This document shows, piece after piece, positions 1 through 12,358 of a stretch of DNA of 64,000 bases. Numbering within the stretch: the stretch's first letter is position 1; each line of letters begins with the position of its first letter. Position numbers and translations under genes: made by a program. Under the pieces are notes generated by a model. That model saw only the letters and a program-made list of their open reading frames with translations, made no database searches and had not been told where the DNA came from. Source of the DNA: Eledone cirrhosa (taxonomy: Eukaryota); assembly GCA_964016885.1 (NCBI GenBank), contig OZ024742.1, positions 226,176,001-226,240,000 of the forward strand. The letters are read 5' to 3'.

Positions 1-1075
1 AACTATGGGTACACCAAAGATGTAGTGGGATTTCAGGTAGGCTAGCAAAGAACACAGGTTTTATATGTGGTCATTGCACAGGCACAGAAAGTAGAAAGAA
101 CCCACAGGATATTAGCTCCTTTAAATGCCCAGAGGGCTCGGTAGAAGTAGTTGAAACTTTCTGTTACCTAGGTAACTAAATTAACAGTGGAGGTGGGTGT
201 TCCGAAAATACAGTAGCCAGATTGAGAGTGGGATAGAGAAAGTTCAGGAAGCTACTACTACTGCTAACTATAAAAGGTTTTTCCCTGAAAATAAAGGGCA
301 GATTGTATGATGCATGTATATAAACAGCAATATTGCATGGAAGTGATGCTTAGGTGTTGTATGCAGAAGACCTGCAAATATTGGAAAGAAATGATGCTGG
401 CATGCTTCAATGGATGTATAGTAATATATATGAACAGCAAAGCATAAATGAACTGAGAGAGAAACTAGGCATAAGGGAGATGTGCAAGAGAGAAAATTGC
501 ACTCGTATGAACATGTGATGCATATGAAAGATAACAACTGTATAAAAAGGTGCAGGACATTCAAAGATGATGGAAGCTATCGTATAAGAAAACCTAGGAA
601 GACTTGGGATGAGGTGATAAAAGCTGACCTTGCACAATTGCACCTCTCAATGGCGATGACACAAGATCGAGATTTCTGGTGTTATGCAGTAATATGGAAA
701 ACCTGCCTTCCTATGTGCATGGGTTGAAGCATACATTTTGTACACACTACCGTCCCCTCCCCATGTTCTAACACCCCATCCTTCATCCACATCCCTACAC
801 CCCCACTCTTCTCCAGATAAGTCCCCATCCTACATCTACCTCACCAATCCCCATGTACTTCCCCCACCCCAGCCCCAGCCTGCACTGTATAGTGGTCATG
901 TAGGTGTCATGACAAAAAGCACCCAGTTCACTCGGTAAATGTGGTTGGCATTAGGAAGGGCATCCAGCCATAGAAACCAAGCCAGAAGCAGTTTTGTACA
1001 TGCAAGACAACGGGGACGACTCATCTAACCTATGCTAGCATGGAAAATAGACATTAAACAGTGCCATAATTAAAT
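1..1075 (+). mobile_element. Decayed 3' part of RTE-clade LINE (C-terminal coding remnant plus 3' UTR)
   Basis: Frameshifted matches to the RTE ORF C-terminus seen elsewhere in the window (VETFCYLG, HVMHMKD..CIKRCR, KPRKTWDEVIKADL..QDRD), followed by the family 3' UTR motif ggttggcattaggaagggcatccagcc. Confidence 0.8.
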
Positions 1076-1537
1076 GCATCCGGTACATTCTGAACAGTGG
1101 AGGACCACTTGGTCCTACTGAAGACATAACTTCTCTTGGACTGGTGGCATAAAATGTACCCATTATATTTTGTAAAGTTGCTGTCATTAGGAAGATCATC
1201 CAGCCATAGAAACCATACCAAAACATAAAATGCACAAGTGAAATGTTGTTTTCTGACCTGTCTCAGCGGGCAATAAATCTAAATAAGTGTTATTAACTAT
1301 CTAACTGTATAAACCAATAGCCTGATCCCCTAGGCTTTCAGATATTTCTGGCACCCCTCTCACTCTTCGATCTTTTACAGCAAAAAAAAAAATAATAATA
1401 GGTGCTCCCTAGACCCTGTAAGTCCTCTAGTCTTTGTTAACCTTATGAATAATATGGCCATGATTGAAAATAAAGGTAAATGACACCATCATACAGTTAT
1501 TAAAGTTTTAAGCAAAACATATAATTCATAAGAATAA

Positions 1538-1727
1538 TAATTGTTTCTACTTTTGGCACAAGGCCAGCAATTACCCAGTACATTTACTGGTACTTTATTT
1601 TATCGACCCCGTAAGGATGAAAGGCAAAGTTAACCTCGGCGGGATTTGAACACAGACCGTAAAGGGATGTAACTATGCTGGAAAGCATGGCGTCCGACTC
1701 TCTACTGATACTGCCAATCCACCGCCC
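1538..1727 (-). mobile_element. tRNA-derived SINE, family A
   Basis: Reverse complement of the full copy at 16326-16516; A/B-box-like head, central gcctttcatccttacgggg-tcgataaaataaagtaccag block, (ATT)n tail. Confidence 0.85.
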
Positions 1728-2174
1728 TTCATAAGAATAATAATTGTAGATGTTTCGTTATGAATGATTTAAAATCAATACAAATGAAAAATAGCCACTT
1801 TAATGTTGATTCCATGATAAAATATATCCAGTAAATTCAGTATAATGGTTGGTGTTGGGAAGGTCATTCAACCTTAGAAATCATGCCAAGTAAAGGTTGA
1901 AGGACATGAAGGACATAAAGGACATAAAGGTCATGTCAACCTCCCTGGTGCTGGGGCTATAATAAAATGCACCCGATTCATTCTAGGGGGGTTGATGTTA
2001 GGAAGAGCATCCAACCATAGAAACCATGTCAAAAATAGAATGCATTGAGCAAATCATCCAATTCACTCCAGCATGAGTATGGATGTAAAATGATGATGGT
2101 GATGGTATATGTGCAGAGAAAACCCCAGGAAATTGTAAAAAGGACTATTCAAAGTAAATTATATATATATATAT

Positions 2175-4321
2175 CATCATCATCATCATTTTACGTCCGC
2201 TTTTCCCTGCTTGCAAGGGTGGGACGGGTCTTATTCAGCACAGCATCTCTCCACTCATCACGGTCCTTCGCCATCTCCACCGTGAGCTTCAGCGATCTGA
2301 GGTCTGTTCTCACCACCTCCACCCATGTTTTTCGTGGTCTACCTCTACTACATCTTCCTTCCACTGGCATTTCCTGAGCCATCGGTCATCCTCCATGCGC
2401 ATCACATGTCCATACTACCTCAGTCTGCTCTCTTGCATACTACATTCTATCCCTCTCAGACACAGTTTCTCTCTCAACACATTCATGCCGGGTCGTTCAC
2501 GCACATTGACATTGCACATCCAACGGAGCATGCTTGCCTCATTTCTCTCCAGCCGTCACATATCCTCTGCAGTTGCTGCCCATGCCTCACTAACATGCAG
2601 CATCGCGCTCCTCACACAGGCATCATATAACCGACCTTTCGTACACAGGGAGAAACCCTCCTTCGTCAGCAGAGGAAGCAGCTCCCTAAACTTCTTCCAA
2701 CCCGTCCTTATTCTAGATACTATGGCCTCGGAACCCTCCCCCCTCCCATGCTAATCTGATCTCCTAGGTACCGGAAGCTATCAACCACTTCTATAGCACC
2801 CGCCTGCATTTGAAAAATGTGTCTATCAATGCAACTTCTACTGTTTAATTTCCCTGTACATCTACTGCATACATAGTTTTCCCTACCTGTTAGTTTGCCT
2901 GCTATCCCACTACATCTCCTGTGTACCCAGGATCTGCATTGTGTGCATTTTATAGAATTTATGCTAGTTCCTTTTCTGCATATCGAACATGGCCATTTTC
3001 CAGATGGAATCAGAGTTTTGTCCTCTTTTCTACTCATCAACACTTTTGTCTTAGATAGGTTCACTCTCAGTCCTTTTGCTTCCAACTGCTGTTTCCATAG
3101 CCAGAATTTATTCTCTAGCTCCTCTACTGATTCTGCTATAAGAACCAGATCGTCAGCATAGAGAAGTTTCCATGGACAGCCAGTCTTAAAGTGCTCTGTT
3201 ATGGCTTGGAGGACTATAATGAACAAGAGCGGACTGAGGACGGAACCTTGATGTACTCCTACTTGTATCTGGAATTCCTCACAAAATCCATTCCTACTCT
3301 GACTTTACTGACAGTACTTCTGTACAAAGTTTGCACTGTCCTCACAAGCCATTCCTCAACACCTAGTTTCCTTAGGGACCACCAGATGACAGATCGGGGT
3401 ACCCTATCAAAGGCCTTCTCTAGGTCAACAAAGGCTAAGTATAGTGGCTTATTTTTCTCTAAGAACCTCTCTTGTAATTGTCTCACCAAGAAGAGGGCAT
3501 CTGTTGTACTCTTCCCAGGCACAAAACCAAACTGCATCTGATCAAGTTTGACCCTTTCTCTAATTAGTTGTGCTAATATCCTTTCTGCCACTTTCATAAC
3601 CTGATCCATCAGTTTTATGCCCCTATAATTGCTCCTCTCCAGAGCATCCCCTTTACCTTTGTAGCAATTTATGAGAATACTGCTGCACCAGTCTTTGGGT
3701 ATGACACCACCATAAATAGCCTGATTGATGATGCGTGCAACCAGTTTAGTGCCTACGTCCCCTGATGCCTTCAGCATCTCAGCAACTATCCCCGATGATC
3801 CAGCAGCCTTACCATTTTTCATTTCCTTAATCGCCTCTTCGACCCTATATTCGTCAATCTCAATAGCTGGTCTCTCTGTCGGATCTACTAAGGGTAATTT
3901 CTCTCTCTCCCATTCGTTCTCCACATTCATCAGTCTCTCATAATGACATTTCCAGGCCTTCTTTTTCTGATCATTCGTGACACTAAGTACACCGGCATCA
4001 TTCTGAACACATTTATCTCCAACAACATCCTGATTTGCATTGACACACTGCCTTGCAATGTGGAACACCGCACGCCTCTGATCTTCCCGTCGCAGAACAT
4101 TGGCAAACCTCCTACTCTCAGCCTCCCTGCGTGCTAAGTACACCTGACGTCTAGCTTCTCTCTTAGCAGCTGTATATCCTTCTCTACTCCCACCCTTTTT
4201 CCAAGCCTTCCATGCTAGTCTTTTGTCTTTAATGGCCTTATCTACTGTGCTGTTCCACCACCAAGTCACTCTCTGTCTGGTTGGAGCTCTGCTCCAGCCA
4301 CAAGTTTCATCAGTAGCCTGC
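2175..4321 (-). mobile_element. 5'-truncated RTE LINE, short-3'UTR subfamily, frameshifted
   Basis: ORFs 3259-4413, 2720-3226 and 2191-2382 give RT motifs (NYRGIKL, QFGF, AFVDLEKAFDRV, LYADD, FRYLG) and the C-terminal GRPRKTW; (GAT)n tail at 2175-2190; 5' end abuts (TA)n. Confidence 0.93.
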
Positions 4322-4368
<47 letters not shown>

Positions 4369-4849
4369 CAGAGAGAGAGAGATAACACAATGATGATGGT
4401 CAATAGCCCACACTGTAAAGTGGTAGAGGCTAGCAACATGATAAAAAATGCTCAGTCCATTTTGTTACTTGGCAGTGAGGATGCCATGATAAAAACTATG
4501 CGGTATACACTATGAAGTTGTTAGCATTAGGAAAGGCATCAGGCCACAGAAATCATGCCAAAATGGAACATCTGACCAGTCTAATCCATGCAAGCATGGA
4601 AAGTAGATATGAAACAATGATGATGGTGATCATGATTATATATATATATATATTCAGTGAGAGAGAGAGAGATAAAGATAGTTCCACAACAAATTAGGAA
4701 GCCATACTCAAGGACACGAGTTTCACCTAGCGGAATTTCAATCTGAATGAGGTTGTGATTTGAACAAAAGTGTAACTAACTCTATACCGAACTAGTCCTC
4801 TAGACTGAGTGCTCTGCTTACTACGGATATAACCTCCTGTTTTTTTTAC

Positions 4850-4883
<34 letters not shown>

Positions 4884-5356
4884 CACGTTGGTACCCCATT
4901 GCTAAAACTTATCTTTAAACCAAATATGTAGTTGAAACTACCTTAACAGATGAAGCTATTGTCTGGTTGTTTGTTCTGAATTTTACTAAGATTTATATCA
5001 CAAAACTTCCTACACATCTCATGGTGGTGGTGGTGGTGGTGGTGGTGGTAGTAGTAGTAGTAATAGTAGTAGTAGTAGTAGTAGTGTAGTTGTAGTACTA
5101 GTGGGGTAGTAGTAGTTGCAGTAGTAGCAGCAGCAGTATAAGCACATATCTGTACAAAACAACAGAAGTAACTTTCCAAGTTGTCTCCGACATTTCACGA
5201 CATACTAAACAGTAGACATAAATTGTTTATTCCAGTTGTATGAGGGAAGGTTTGACAGAAAACATACAATACTGCTAGAAAGGAAGAAATAGACCCTAAC
5301 TCCTGATAGAGTTATTGGGATGGCATACTGACACAGAGAGAGAGAATCAACTCTAA

Positions 5357-5692
5357 TATTAGTTTCAGATTTAGGCACAAGGCCAGCAATTTTGGGGAGT
5401 GGGAAAGTCAATTAAATCGACCCCAGTACATTGCTGGTACTTTATTTTATCGACCCTGTAAGGATGAAAGATAAAGCTATCCTTGGCAGGATTTGAACTC
5501 AGAACGTAAAGGGACATAACTCTATGCCGTGAATCATAGTGTCCGACACTCTAATGATACTGCCAATCCTTTATCTATTGATCACAAAAGGATGAAAATA
5601 AAGTTGACATTGGTGGGATTTGAACTCAAAGAGCAATGAGCCAGAGCAATTACCAAGTCATTTAATCTGATACTCTAATGATTCTGCCAATT
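5357..5692 (-). mobile_element. SINE family A copy plus adjacent decayed partial copy
   Basis: ggcacaaggccagcaat...ggtactttattttatcgaccc...ggatttgaactcag...gatactgccaatcc, matching 16326-16516 in reverse. Confidence 0.8.
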
Positions 5693-5756
5693 TACCTCCT
5701 TCTAGAAAGATGACTATTGATATAGGCATGTGATTTAATGGTTAAAATATTCAGCA

Positions 5757-6332
5757 TACGATAATCAGAAGAAGGGAGGTAGGCGTAAAAGTCAAATTCG
5801 CTATCTTCAATTTGGTTTTCATGCCAGCCCTTACCTATGGTCATGAATCTTGGGTAATGACCGAAAGAATACGATCCTGAATACAAGCGGCCAAAATGGG
5901 ATTTCTCCGAAGGGTCTTTGGATTAACATTACTCGATAAAGTACATAGCTCAGAGATCAGAGACTCACTCCCGGTACAGTCGCTACTTCCCTGAATTGAG
6001 AGATCACAGCTCCGATACTATGGACATGTGGCTAGAATGTCTCAAGAAAGAATTGCTTGACAGATTTTACGGGCAAAACCAACTGACAGGAAATTCAAGG
6101 AAGACTCCCAAGCAAGATGGCTGGATAACATCCATGAGCTTGGCTGGTCACACTTGGGGGTCCAACTGGATCAGTTGGAAACGGTTGCTTCTGACAGGAC
6201 CCATTGGAAGGAGTGTTTGAGGACTCTGCCTCCGTGACCCTCTCAGGAAGAAGAAGAAGAAGAAGAAGAAGAAGAAGAAGAAGAAGAAGAAGAAGAAGAA
6301 GAAGAAGAAGAAGAAGAAGAAGAAGAAGAAGA
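5757..6332 (+). mobile_element. 3' fragment of a Rex3/Expander-like RTE LINE with (GAA)n tail
   Basis: Translates to LTYGHESWVMTERIRS*IQAAKMGFLRRVFG...IERSQLRYYGHVARM...GRLPKQRWLD-like text typical of RTE/Expander C-termini; ends ctgcctccgtgaccc followed by long (GAA)n. Confidence 0.78.
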
Positions 6333-6707
6333 AGGAGGAGGAGGAGGAGGAGGAGGAGGAGGAGAAGTTCAGCTCATGATTGTATGGTCGTGAGTTTGAG
6401 TCTTGAATACAATGGCACATTATATCCTTTATTTCATGTTTTTCCAATCCATTCAGTTAGAAAAAATGAGTTGCTACAACAGTGGAAAAGTAAAAACTGT
6501 ATCAGCTTTTGCCTTTCCATTGGATAACGTTGTATATAGTGTATATGCAGTGTATATATAGTGTCTATAGTGTGTATATAATATATAGTATACGTATATA
6601 TATGTATGTGTGTGTGGGTATGTGTATATATACACACACGTACATATATATATATATATACAAATAATGTACGAAGTTGAATTTTTGGCCATTTGAAGCG
6701 CTGAGAA

Positions 6708-6767
<60 letters not shown>

Positions 6768-7045
6768 GAGATAGATAGATATGTTTCTTTTATTTGCCAC
6801 TAGGGCATCAAAAGTGGGACAAGTACAAAGGGGGGAGTTTACACAAAAAGGCGTCCTCAATAAGGAGGAGGCAATAACAAAATATAAAAATAAAATAAGA
6901 TATAACAAAAAATAAAATTTATAACAAAATCCTCAATAGAGAGGAGGCGCCTTGGGGGGTCGCACACACCCCCGAAAAAAGTGTGCAACCCTTTTCCTCA
7001 GGAGCACAGAGAGGGGGTGCTCCCTCGTTCCTTCCTCTTTTCCAC

Positions 7046-10000
7046 CTACAGGCTTATGTAAAGAGAAGGCCCATTCACACGGGCCATTCTCGCCACTTTC
7101 ACCCACCTTTCATAAAAATGACTGGGGTGCAGCACCTCTCTCTCCATCCTGATCCTTCTTCCGAAATGATATCGGAAGAAACGGACCAGTTGTTGGCCAG
7201 AGAGAAAGGTGCCTGACCTCAGTCCTTTCAGACGCGTCCACCATACAACCTCTTTCGCCATGGCTATTACGCACAGAAACACCACCTCTGCTTCATCTTT
7301 GAAGGGGGGAGGCGGCTTGATCATTACAATAGACTCGGTGGTCAACCGGATCGGTCCCACCCTTGACAGCAGTTGTTCGACATAGCCCCACAGATCGGCT
7401 ACGCCCGAGCAGTGTACCAATGCGTGTGCAACGGTTTCCTCGTCGCACACGCATCTGGGACAGATCTTTTTGGCGGGGTCCCTACCCGGGCGCCCGTGTC
7501 TGTAGAGCCTTTCTCGAACGGGTAAAGCCCCTCGGTAGCACTGCCAGGCCAGGGACTTCTGGAAGTTGTCCATAGGTCCCGGGCTGAATGTCCTACCCAA
7601 CAGGCTGGCCAGTTCGTCCTCCTCCATGTCTAGGGCTTCTCCGAGGGCGTCGTCGCACCTGCTGCGTACCAGCCCTCTATAGAATGTAGCGGTGGAGTCT
7701 CCACTGATAACCGGATCCGCCTGCCAGAGGGCGGTGAGCGCCTGGGCACACTCAGTGTGCCAGGCGCCCAGTTTTCTCGGTCTTTGCTTGACCCAGGATT
7801 GCAGCTCGGTGAGTGAGACGAGTCTGGGAAAGGTTCGTCTCACAAACGAGGCCCACACCGGTTGTCCGGTGAGGAATACGTAGAGGTGCCGTAGCCTTAA
7901 TGCGTGTTTACGCATCATTAGCCACGGCATCCCCAGCCCTCCTTTCGAAGGGTGTTGACAGCAGATGGATCTCCTCACCATAGGAGCCCGCCTCTTCCAA
8001 AGGAATTGGAAGAGCGCGCGCTCCATCTTGGTGAGGGTTTCCCTTGGGCAGGGCACTACGGTCAGGCGGTAGTAGATGACGGACGCTATGTAGGTGTTCG
8101 CCACCTCCGCCCGACCTTTCAGGGATAGTTTGCAACTGGCCCACTTCTGGGTCAGTGCAAACACCCTGTTCGTAACCGCCGCCCAGTTTTTCTCCACCTG
8201 GAGGTCCGGTCCGAACCAGACCCCGAGCAACTTCACCGGGCCCTCCGTCCAGCGTCCGACGACGCCATCGGAGGGCATCGGTCTGCCCCTCCACGTGCCG
8301 AGTTGCAAACCGATCGACTTGTCCCGGTTCAGCTTAGCCCCTGTGAACTTTTCGTACTCCTCCAGTAAGGTGCCGACCGCCTCGATTTCGGAGGCCGTCG
8401 ACACCATTACTGTCACGTCATCGGCGTAGGCCGACACCGCTTTCCGCAATCCCGGTTCCAAAGGGATGCCCTGCAACAACTCCAACTTCCGCAGTAGTGG
8501 CTCGAGAGTCAACACATACAGAAGGGAGGAGAGAGGGCACCCTTGTCGGATGGACCGCGCGATTTTGAACGGCTCCGAGAGGTAGCCGTTCACCTTGACC
8601 CTAGAGCAGATGCGGCTGCTGTGCATAGCAGTGATCCAGCCCCTGAAAACGGGTCCGAAGCCTGCCACCGCTAGCACCGCATCCAGGTAACCATGGTCGA
8701 CCCTATCGAACGCCTTAGATTGATCCAAGTTGATCAGTGCCCCACCAAAGCCGGGTTCGTTCCCAACCCTCTCTATGATGTATCGCATGAGGTGGAGGTT
8801 GTCATGGATGGACCTGGACGGGATAGCGCATGTCTGCGCATCTCCCACCAAGTTGCCCACGACAAGCGCCAACCTCTTTGCTAGCACCTTGGCCAAAATC
8901 TGTAACTCTGTATTTAGCAGAGTTATGGGCCTGAAGTTACTTATTTCGTCCCCCTTGTTCTCGTCCTTCCTCACTAGCGTGACTACGCCCTTGGTCACAG
9001 TACAGGGAATTCTCCCGTTCTGTTGCCAGTTGCAGTAGACCGCCTCGAGGAGATCGGGGAACAAGTCCGGCATAGCTAGATATAATTCGTAAGGAAGACC
9101 ATCGAGACCCGGGGATTTGCGTTTGCCGCATTGGCTCAGCACGTCCTCTATCTCAGCGGCCGAAATCGGCTCCTCGCAGGACTTCGCCTCCCTGTCCGAG
9201 AGGCGCGGCAGGCCGTCGAGGTATGGACCGAAGTCCACGTTCCCAACCGGCTCCCCACCCCTCCCGAACAGTCGGGCAAAGTGCCTTTGAAAGGCCTCAC
9301 ACATCTGCTTAGGCTCAAGAATCGCCCGTCCATCCAGGTCTCGCAAAGACCGGATGGTGGATTTAGTTCCACTGTTGGCCTCTGTCACGCGGGCCCAGCT
9401 AACAGCTTTGGTCCCCTCGTTCCCTAGAGCACGTATTTTACTTCGGACAACGCAGCCTTCGTGCTTCGTGTCGAAAAACTGGCTCAAAGCCGTTCTCGAC
9501 GCTAGCACTCTGGCCACGTCGCCGCCTCTAATTGCCTCTTCTACTCTATCTATTAGCTCCCTTTCCTTCCTATTCCTATCCGCAGCTAGAACCTTACTAA
9601 ATTCTATCGAGACTACTCTAATCTCTCTCTTTAGAGATACCCACCACCTGCTGTTGACGATCGCTCCAGTCAACCGTTCCTTAACTAACGTACTAATCCG
9701 ATTCCTGTAGGCTCTACTTGCCGGCAAGGACAAGTTGAGCTTCCAGTAACCGGGGCCCTGTCTATGCATTCTATCAAGGTTGACCATGCAGGTCACCAAC
9801 TTGTGGTCTGAATAGCCAACCATGAGCATTTCTGGACAACTTAAAAAGTCCCTGTCCTTATTTCTAACTAAAAATCTATCTAGGTACGATCTAGATGATC
9901 CGCTGCGATTTGACCAAGACCAGGTTGGCACCGTCGGAAAATCTAGTCGAAATCTATCGGCCAGGTCAAATCGGCCGAGTAACCCCTTGAGGCTGTTGCA

Positions 10001-10483
10001 CCCCTCTCTATCGGGACATGCCCCTGCATAGTCCCAACGTGCATCCAGGATACCATTCCAATCCCCCACTAAAAGCAGGGAACGGGACGTCCCTAGAAAA
10101 GACTCCAGACGCTGGAAAAAGTCGGGCCGCTCTGTCCCAAAAGGGGCATATGTGGCTATCAGCCTAAAGGCTCTACCTTCACCACTGCCAAGGTCCAGCA
10201 CCACCAGTCGACCCCCTGGGTCCAAGTGAACTATCTGTGTTGCAAGGCCCATATGTTTTTGCAGCAGAACGACAACCCCACCCCCACCTCCGGGCTGACA
10301 GAGAGATGCGTGCATCTCAAAGTCGTCAAAGGTGGGGGCTAGCTGTCGCATGCTGCTGATCCGGGCCTCGCAGATAACCATCACATTTATAGATTGTGAC
10401 CTGAGGTCATTTAGAAGCATTGCTTGCTTCCAAGACGAGCCCAGGCCACGCGCATTTAGACGCCCTACTCTTAGCACAGCCAT
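7046..10483 (-). CDS. Tx1-type ORF2: AP endonuclease + reverse transcriptase + C-terminal zinc-binding (zf-RVT-like) domain
   Basis: APE motifs LNARGL, ICEAR, GDWNG, YLDRFLV, SDH; GPGYWKLN linker; RT motifs KSPGLDGLP, FRPITLLN, LDQSKAFDRV, RQGCPLS, YADD; C-terminal CPRC..EETVAHALVHC. ATG at 10483 in a strong Kozak context (AACATGG). Confidence 0.95.
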   Translation of the reverse strand: MAVLRVGRLNARGLGSSWKQAMLLNDLRSQSINVMVICEARISSMRQLAPTFDDFEMHASLCQPGGGGGVVVLLQKHMGLATQIVHLDPGGRLVVLDLGSGEGRAFRLIATYAPFGTERPDFFQRLESFLGTSRSLLLVGDWNGILDARWDYAGACPDREGCNSLKGLLGRFDLADRFRLDFPTVPTWSWSNRSGSSRSYLDRFLVRNKDRDFLSCPEMLMVGYSDHKLVTCMVNLDRMHRQGPGYWKLNLSLPASRAYRNRISTLVKERLTGAIVNSRWWVSLKREIRVVSIEFSKVLAADRNRKERELIDRVEEAIRGGDVARVLASRTALSQFFDTKHEGCVVRSKIRALGNEGTKAVSWARVTEANSGTKSTIRSLRDLDGRAILEPKQMCEAFQRHFARLFGRGGEPVGNVDFGPYLDGLPRLSDREAKSCEEPISAAEIEDVLSQCGKRKSPGLDGLPYELYLAMPDLFPDLLEAVYCNWQQNGRIPCTVTKGVVTLVRKDENKGDEISNFRPITLLNTELQILAKVLAKRLALVVGNLVGDAQTCAIPSRSIHDNLHLMRYIIERVGNEPGFGGALINLDQSKAFDRVDHGYLDAVLAVAGFGPVFRGWITAMHSSRICSRVKVNGYLSEPFKIARSIRQGCPLSSLLYVLTLEPLLRKLELLQGIPLEPGLRKAVSAYADDVTVMVSTASEIEAVGTLLEEYEKFTGAKLNRDKSIGLQLGTWRGRPMPSDGVVGRWTEGPVKLLGVWFGPDLQVEKNWAAVTNRVFALTQKWASCKLSLKGRAEVANTYIASVIYYRLTVVPCPRETLTKMERALFQFLWKRRAPMVRRSICCQHPSKGGLGMPWLMMRKHALRLRHLYVFLTGQPVWASFVRRTFPRLVSLTELQSWVKQRPRKLGAWHTECAQALTALWQADPVISGDSTATFYRGLVRSRCDDALGEALDMEEDELASLLGRTFSPGPMDNFQKSLAWQCYRGALPVRERLYRHGRPGRDPAKKICPRCVCDEETVAHALVHCSGVADLWGYVEQLLSRVGPIRLTTESIVMIKPPPPFKDEAEVVFLCVIAMAKEVVWWTRLKGLRSGTFLSGQQLVRFFRYHFGRRIRMEREVLHPSHFYERWVKVARMARVNGPSLYISL

Positions 10484-10507
10484 GTTGGTGGTAAAGAGAA
10501 AAGGCAC

Positions 10508-12150
10508 TTACCTCTCTGCGTCCCGGGAAACGGGCCGCTCAATTTCCATGCTGGTTGGGGATGGGTTGTTGGGTGGGGTGGTGGTTTGTGGAAGTGAAGA
10601 GGCATCGGTGTGTTGTGGAGTTGGGGTGTTTGTGGTTGAGTGGGTGTCTGGGTGGGGTGGGGGGGTGAATTTTTTTAGGAGGACGCGGTTGATTGGTTTG
10701 GCGCAGGGGGGGCCCACGTCCTCCGTGAAATTTATTTTCAGTGTTTTGTACAAGTGCATTGGGACTTTTATCATTTTCAAATGAGGTAGTCCCACAGCAG
10801 TTGTAAAGTTTGGCCCTTCAGTTTGGACCGTAGGGTTTGCTGAAATTGTTTTCCGTAATTCTTTGTTGTCTGTGTTCATGTATGTATATTGTAAAGTCTT
10901 TTTTTGTGTAGCAGTTAGTGTTGTGTGACAGGGAGGGGTGGTTTGTGTGTAGTTTGTGTTCTCTTGGGGGGGGTTAAAGTTAACATGTATGTCTGTGGTG
11001 CATCTCCTCTTCTTTCTTTTTACTTGTTGGAAGGGATCTTTTTCGTCTTGCGACGAAAGAGGTTCGTCTTCCTTGTTGGGTGGGAGGGGTATGTTTTCTG
11101 GTAGTGTTTGCGGTGTGTGTGTTTTTGTATTTGTTTTGGGTGGGGAGGGATTGGGTGGGACAGTATTCTGTGTTATTTTTTCACGTGTTTGTTGTTGTTG
11201 TTGTTGTGGTGGTGGTGGTGGGGTTGTTGGTTTTTGTTGTTGTTGTGGTTGTTTTTGTTGTTGTAGTTGGGGTGGTGTTGGTGTTGGTAGCAGTGTTTTT
11301 TTCTGTGTGAGCTGGGGACAGGCAGCCCTCAGGTGACCTCTATTGCCACAGAGGTAACAGGAGGGACGCCTACCCTCCACAATAATGTTGAGGTGGGTAC
11401 GGTCATCCAGCATGACGCGCTCAGGGATTTGGGCGATGCGTTCTGGCCTTATTTGGGTCAGAACTTCGATGCTCGTTCCACTGAACGCGTCGCCGGATGC
11501 CTTCCCTATTGAAATGAGGTTGTCCTCGTCTAAATTGAGGAAACCGGTTAGTAACCACCAGTAGTTTATGTTTGGGGTGATGGTGGTTATCCATATCCTC
11601 TGGGTTTTTTTACCCATGTAGGTGGGGAAGAAGGTGTAGTGTGTGGACCGAATTGGCGACACAGAGTATTTTTTTGCCGCCAATTCGTCTTTCATCAATA
11701 TGGATAAACTCCCATAGAGTTTATCCTTTTGTATAAAAGTGATATCTCTCATCGCGTCTTTCAAGACTAACTGAATTTCCGCTTGAGATGGTTGCGCTGG
11801 TTTCTTTGTTTTATTTAAAATTGTTCGGAATACGACAGTTCGTAATTCCGTCTGTCTTTTTAGCTCCGGAGGTGAATGTATAGAAAACGAACCGTTTTCG
11901 CCAAAAGACACATATTTCTTGGCTTTTTCCAGCATTTCTTTTGCTTTTGAAATATCTTCCAGCACATAAGCGACTGATAATTTAGCCGTTTGTGCAAAAG
12001 ATATTTTGTTTTCGTTTTGGATTTTAGTATTGTTTTGTTTCTCGTCGTTTGAGTTGTTTTCATCTTTGTTGTTGTTGTTGTCTTTCTCGTTTGGTGTGTG
12101 GATACTTGTGACGTTTGTGTTGTTGTTGTTTTTGTTGTCTTTATTGTTGC

Positions 12151-12181
<31 letters not shown>

Positions 12182-12358
12182 GTTTTCAAATTCTTGTGTA
12201 GTTGTGGCTACATCTAGTGGTCGGTCAACAGGTGAAGGCAATTCTTCCTCTCTCTGACCTCTGTCTTTGGCATCTGCTGCTGTGACAGTGGCAGGGGGAA
12301 GCTGTGAGTATGACTTCCCCTTTCCTTCTTTGATTGATGGTGAAGATGCTTCAGCCAT
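10508..12358 (-). CDS. LINE ORF1 nucleic-acid-binding protein with CCHC zinc knuckle and N/Q/P/T low-complexity tracts
   Basis: ~616-aa ORF directly upstream of ORF2; CYLCGNRGHLRAAC knuckle; basic KRKKRR patch; first ATG at 12358. Confidence 0.88.

Noticed and set aside
4700-4755. Minus-strand hammerhead-like string cagattga...gaaactcgtgtc
   Set aside because: Core CUGANGA and stem II are not satisfied; too degenerate to call.
4940-5150. Possible minus-strand exon bounded by ttttgtacag and AAG|GTAGTT
   Set aside because: All three frames hit stops and the body is trinucleotide repeat; at most non-coding, with no support.
6148-6527. Poly-Arg / poly-Phe ORFs
   Set aside because: (GAA)n retroelement tail.
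7363-12257. Plus-strand and alternate-frame ORFs overlapping the Tx1 element
   Set aside because: Shadow ORFs of GC-rich or low-complexity coding sequence; no recognisable motifs.
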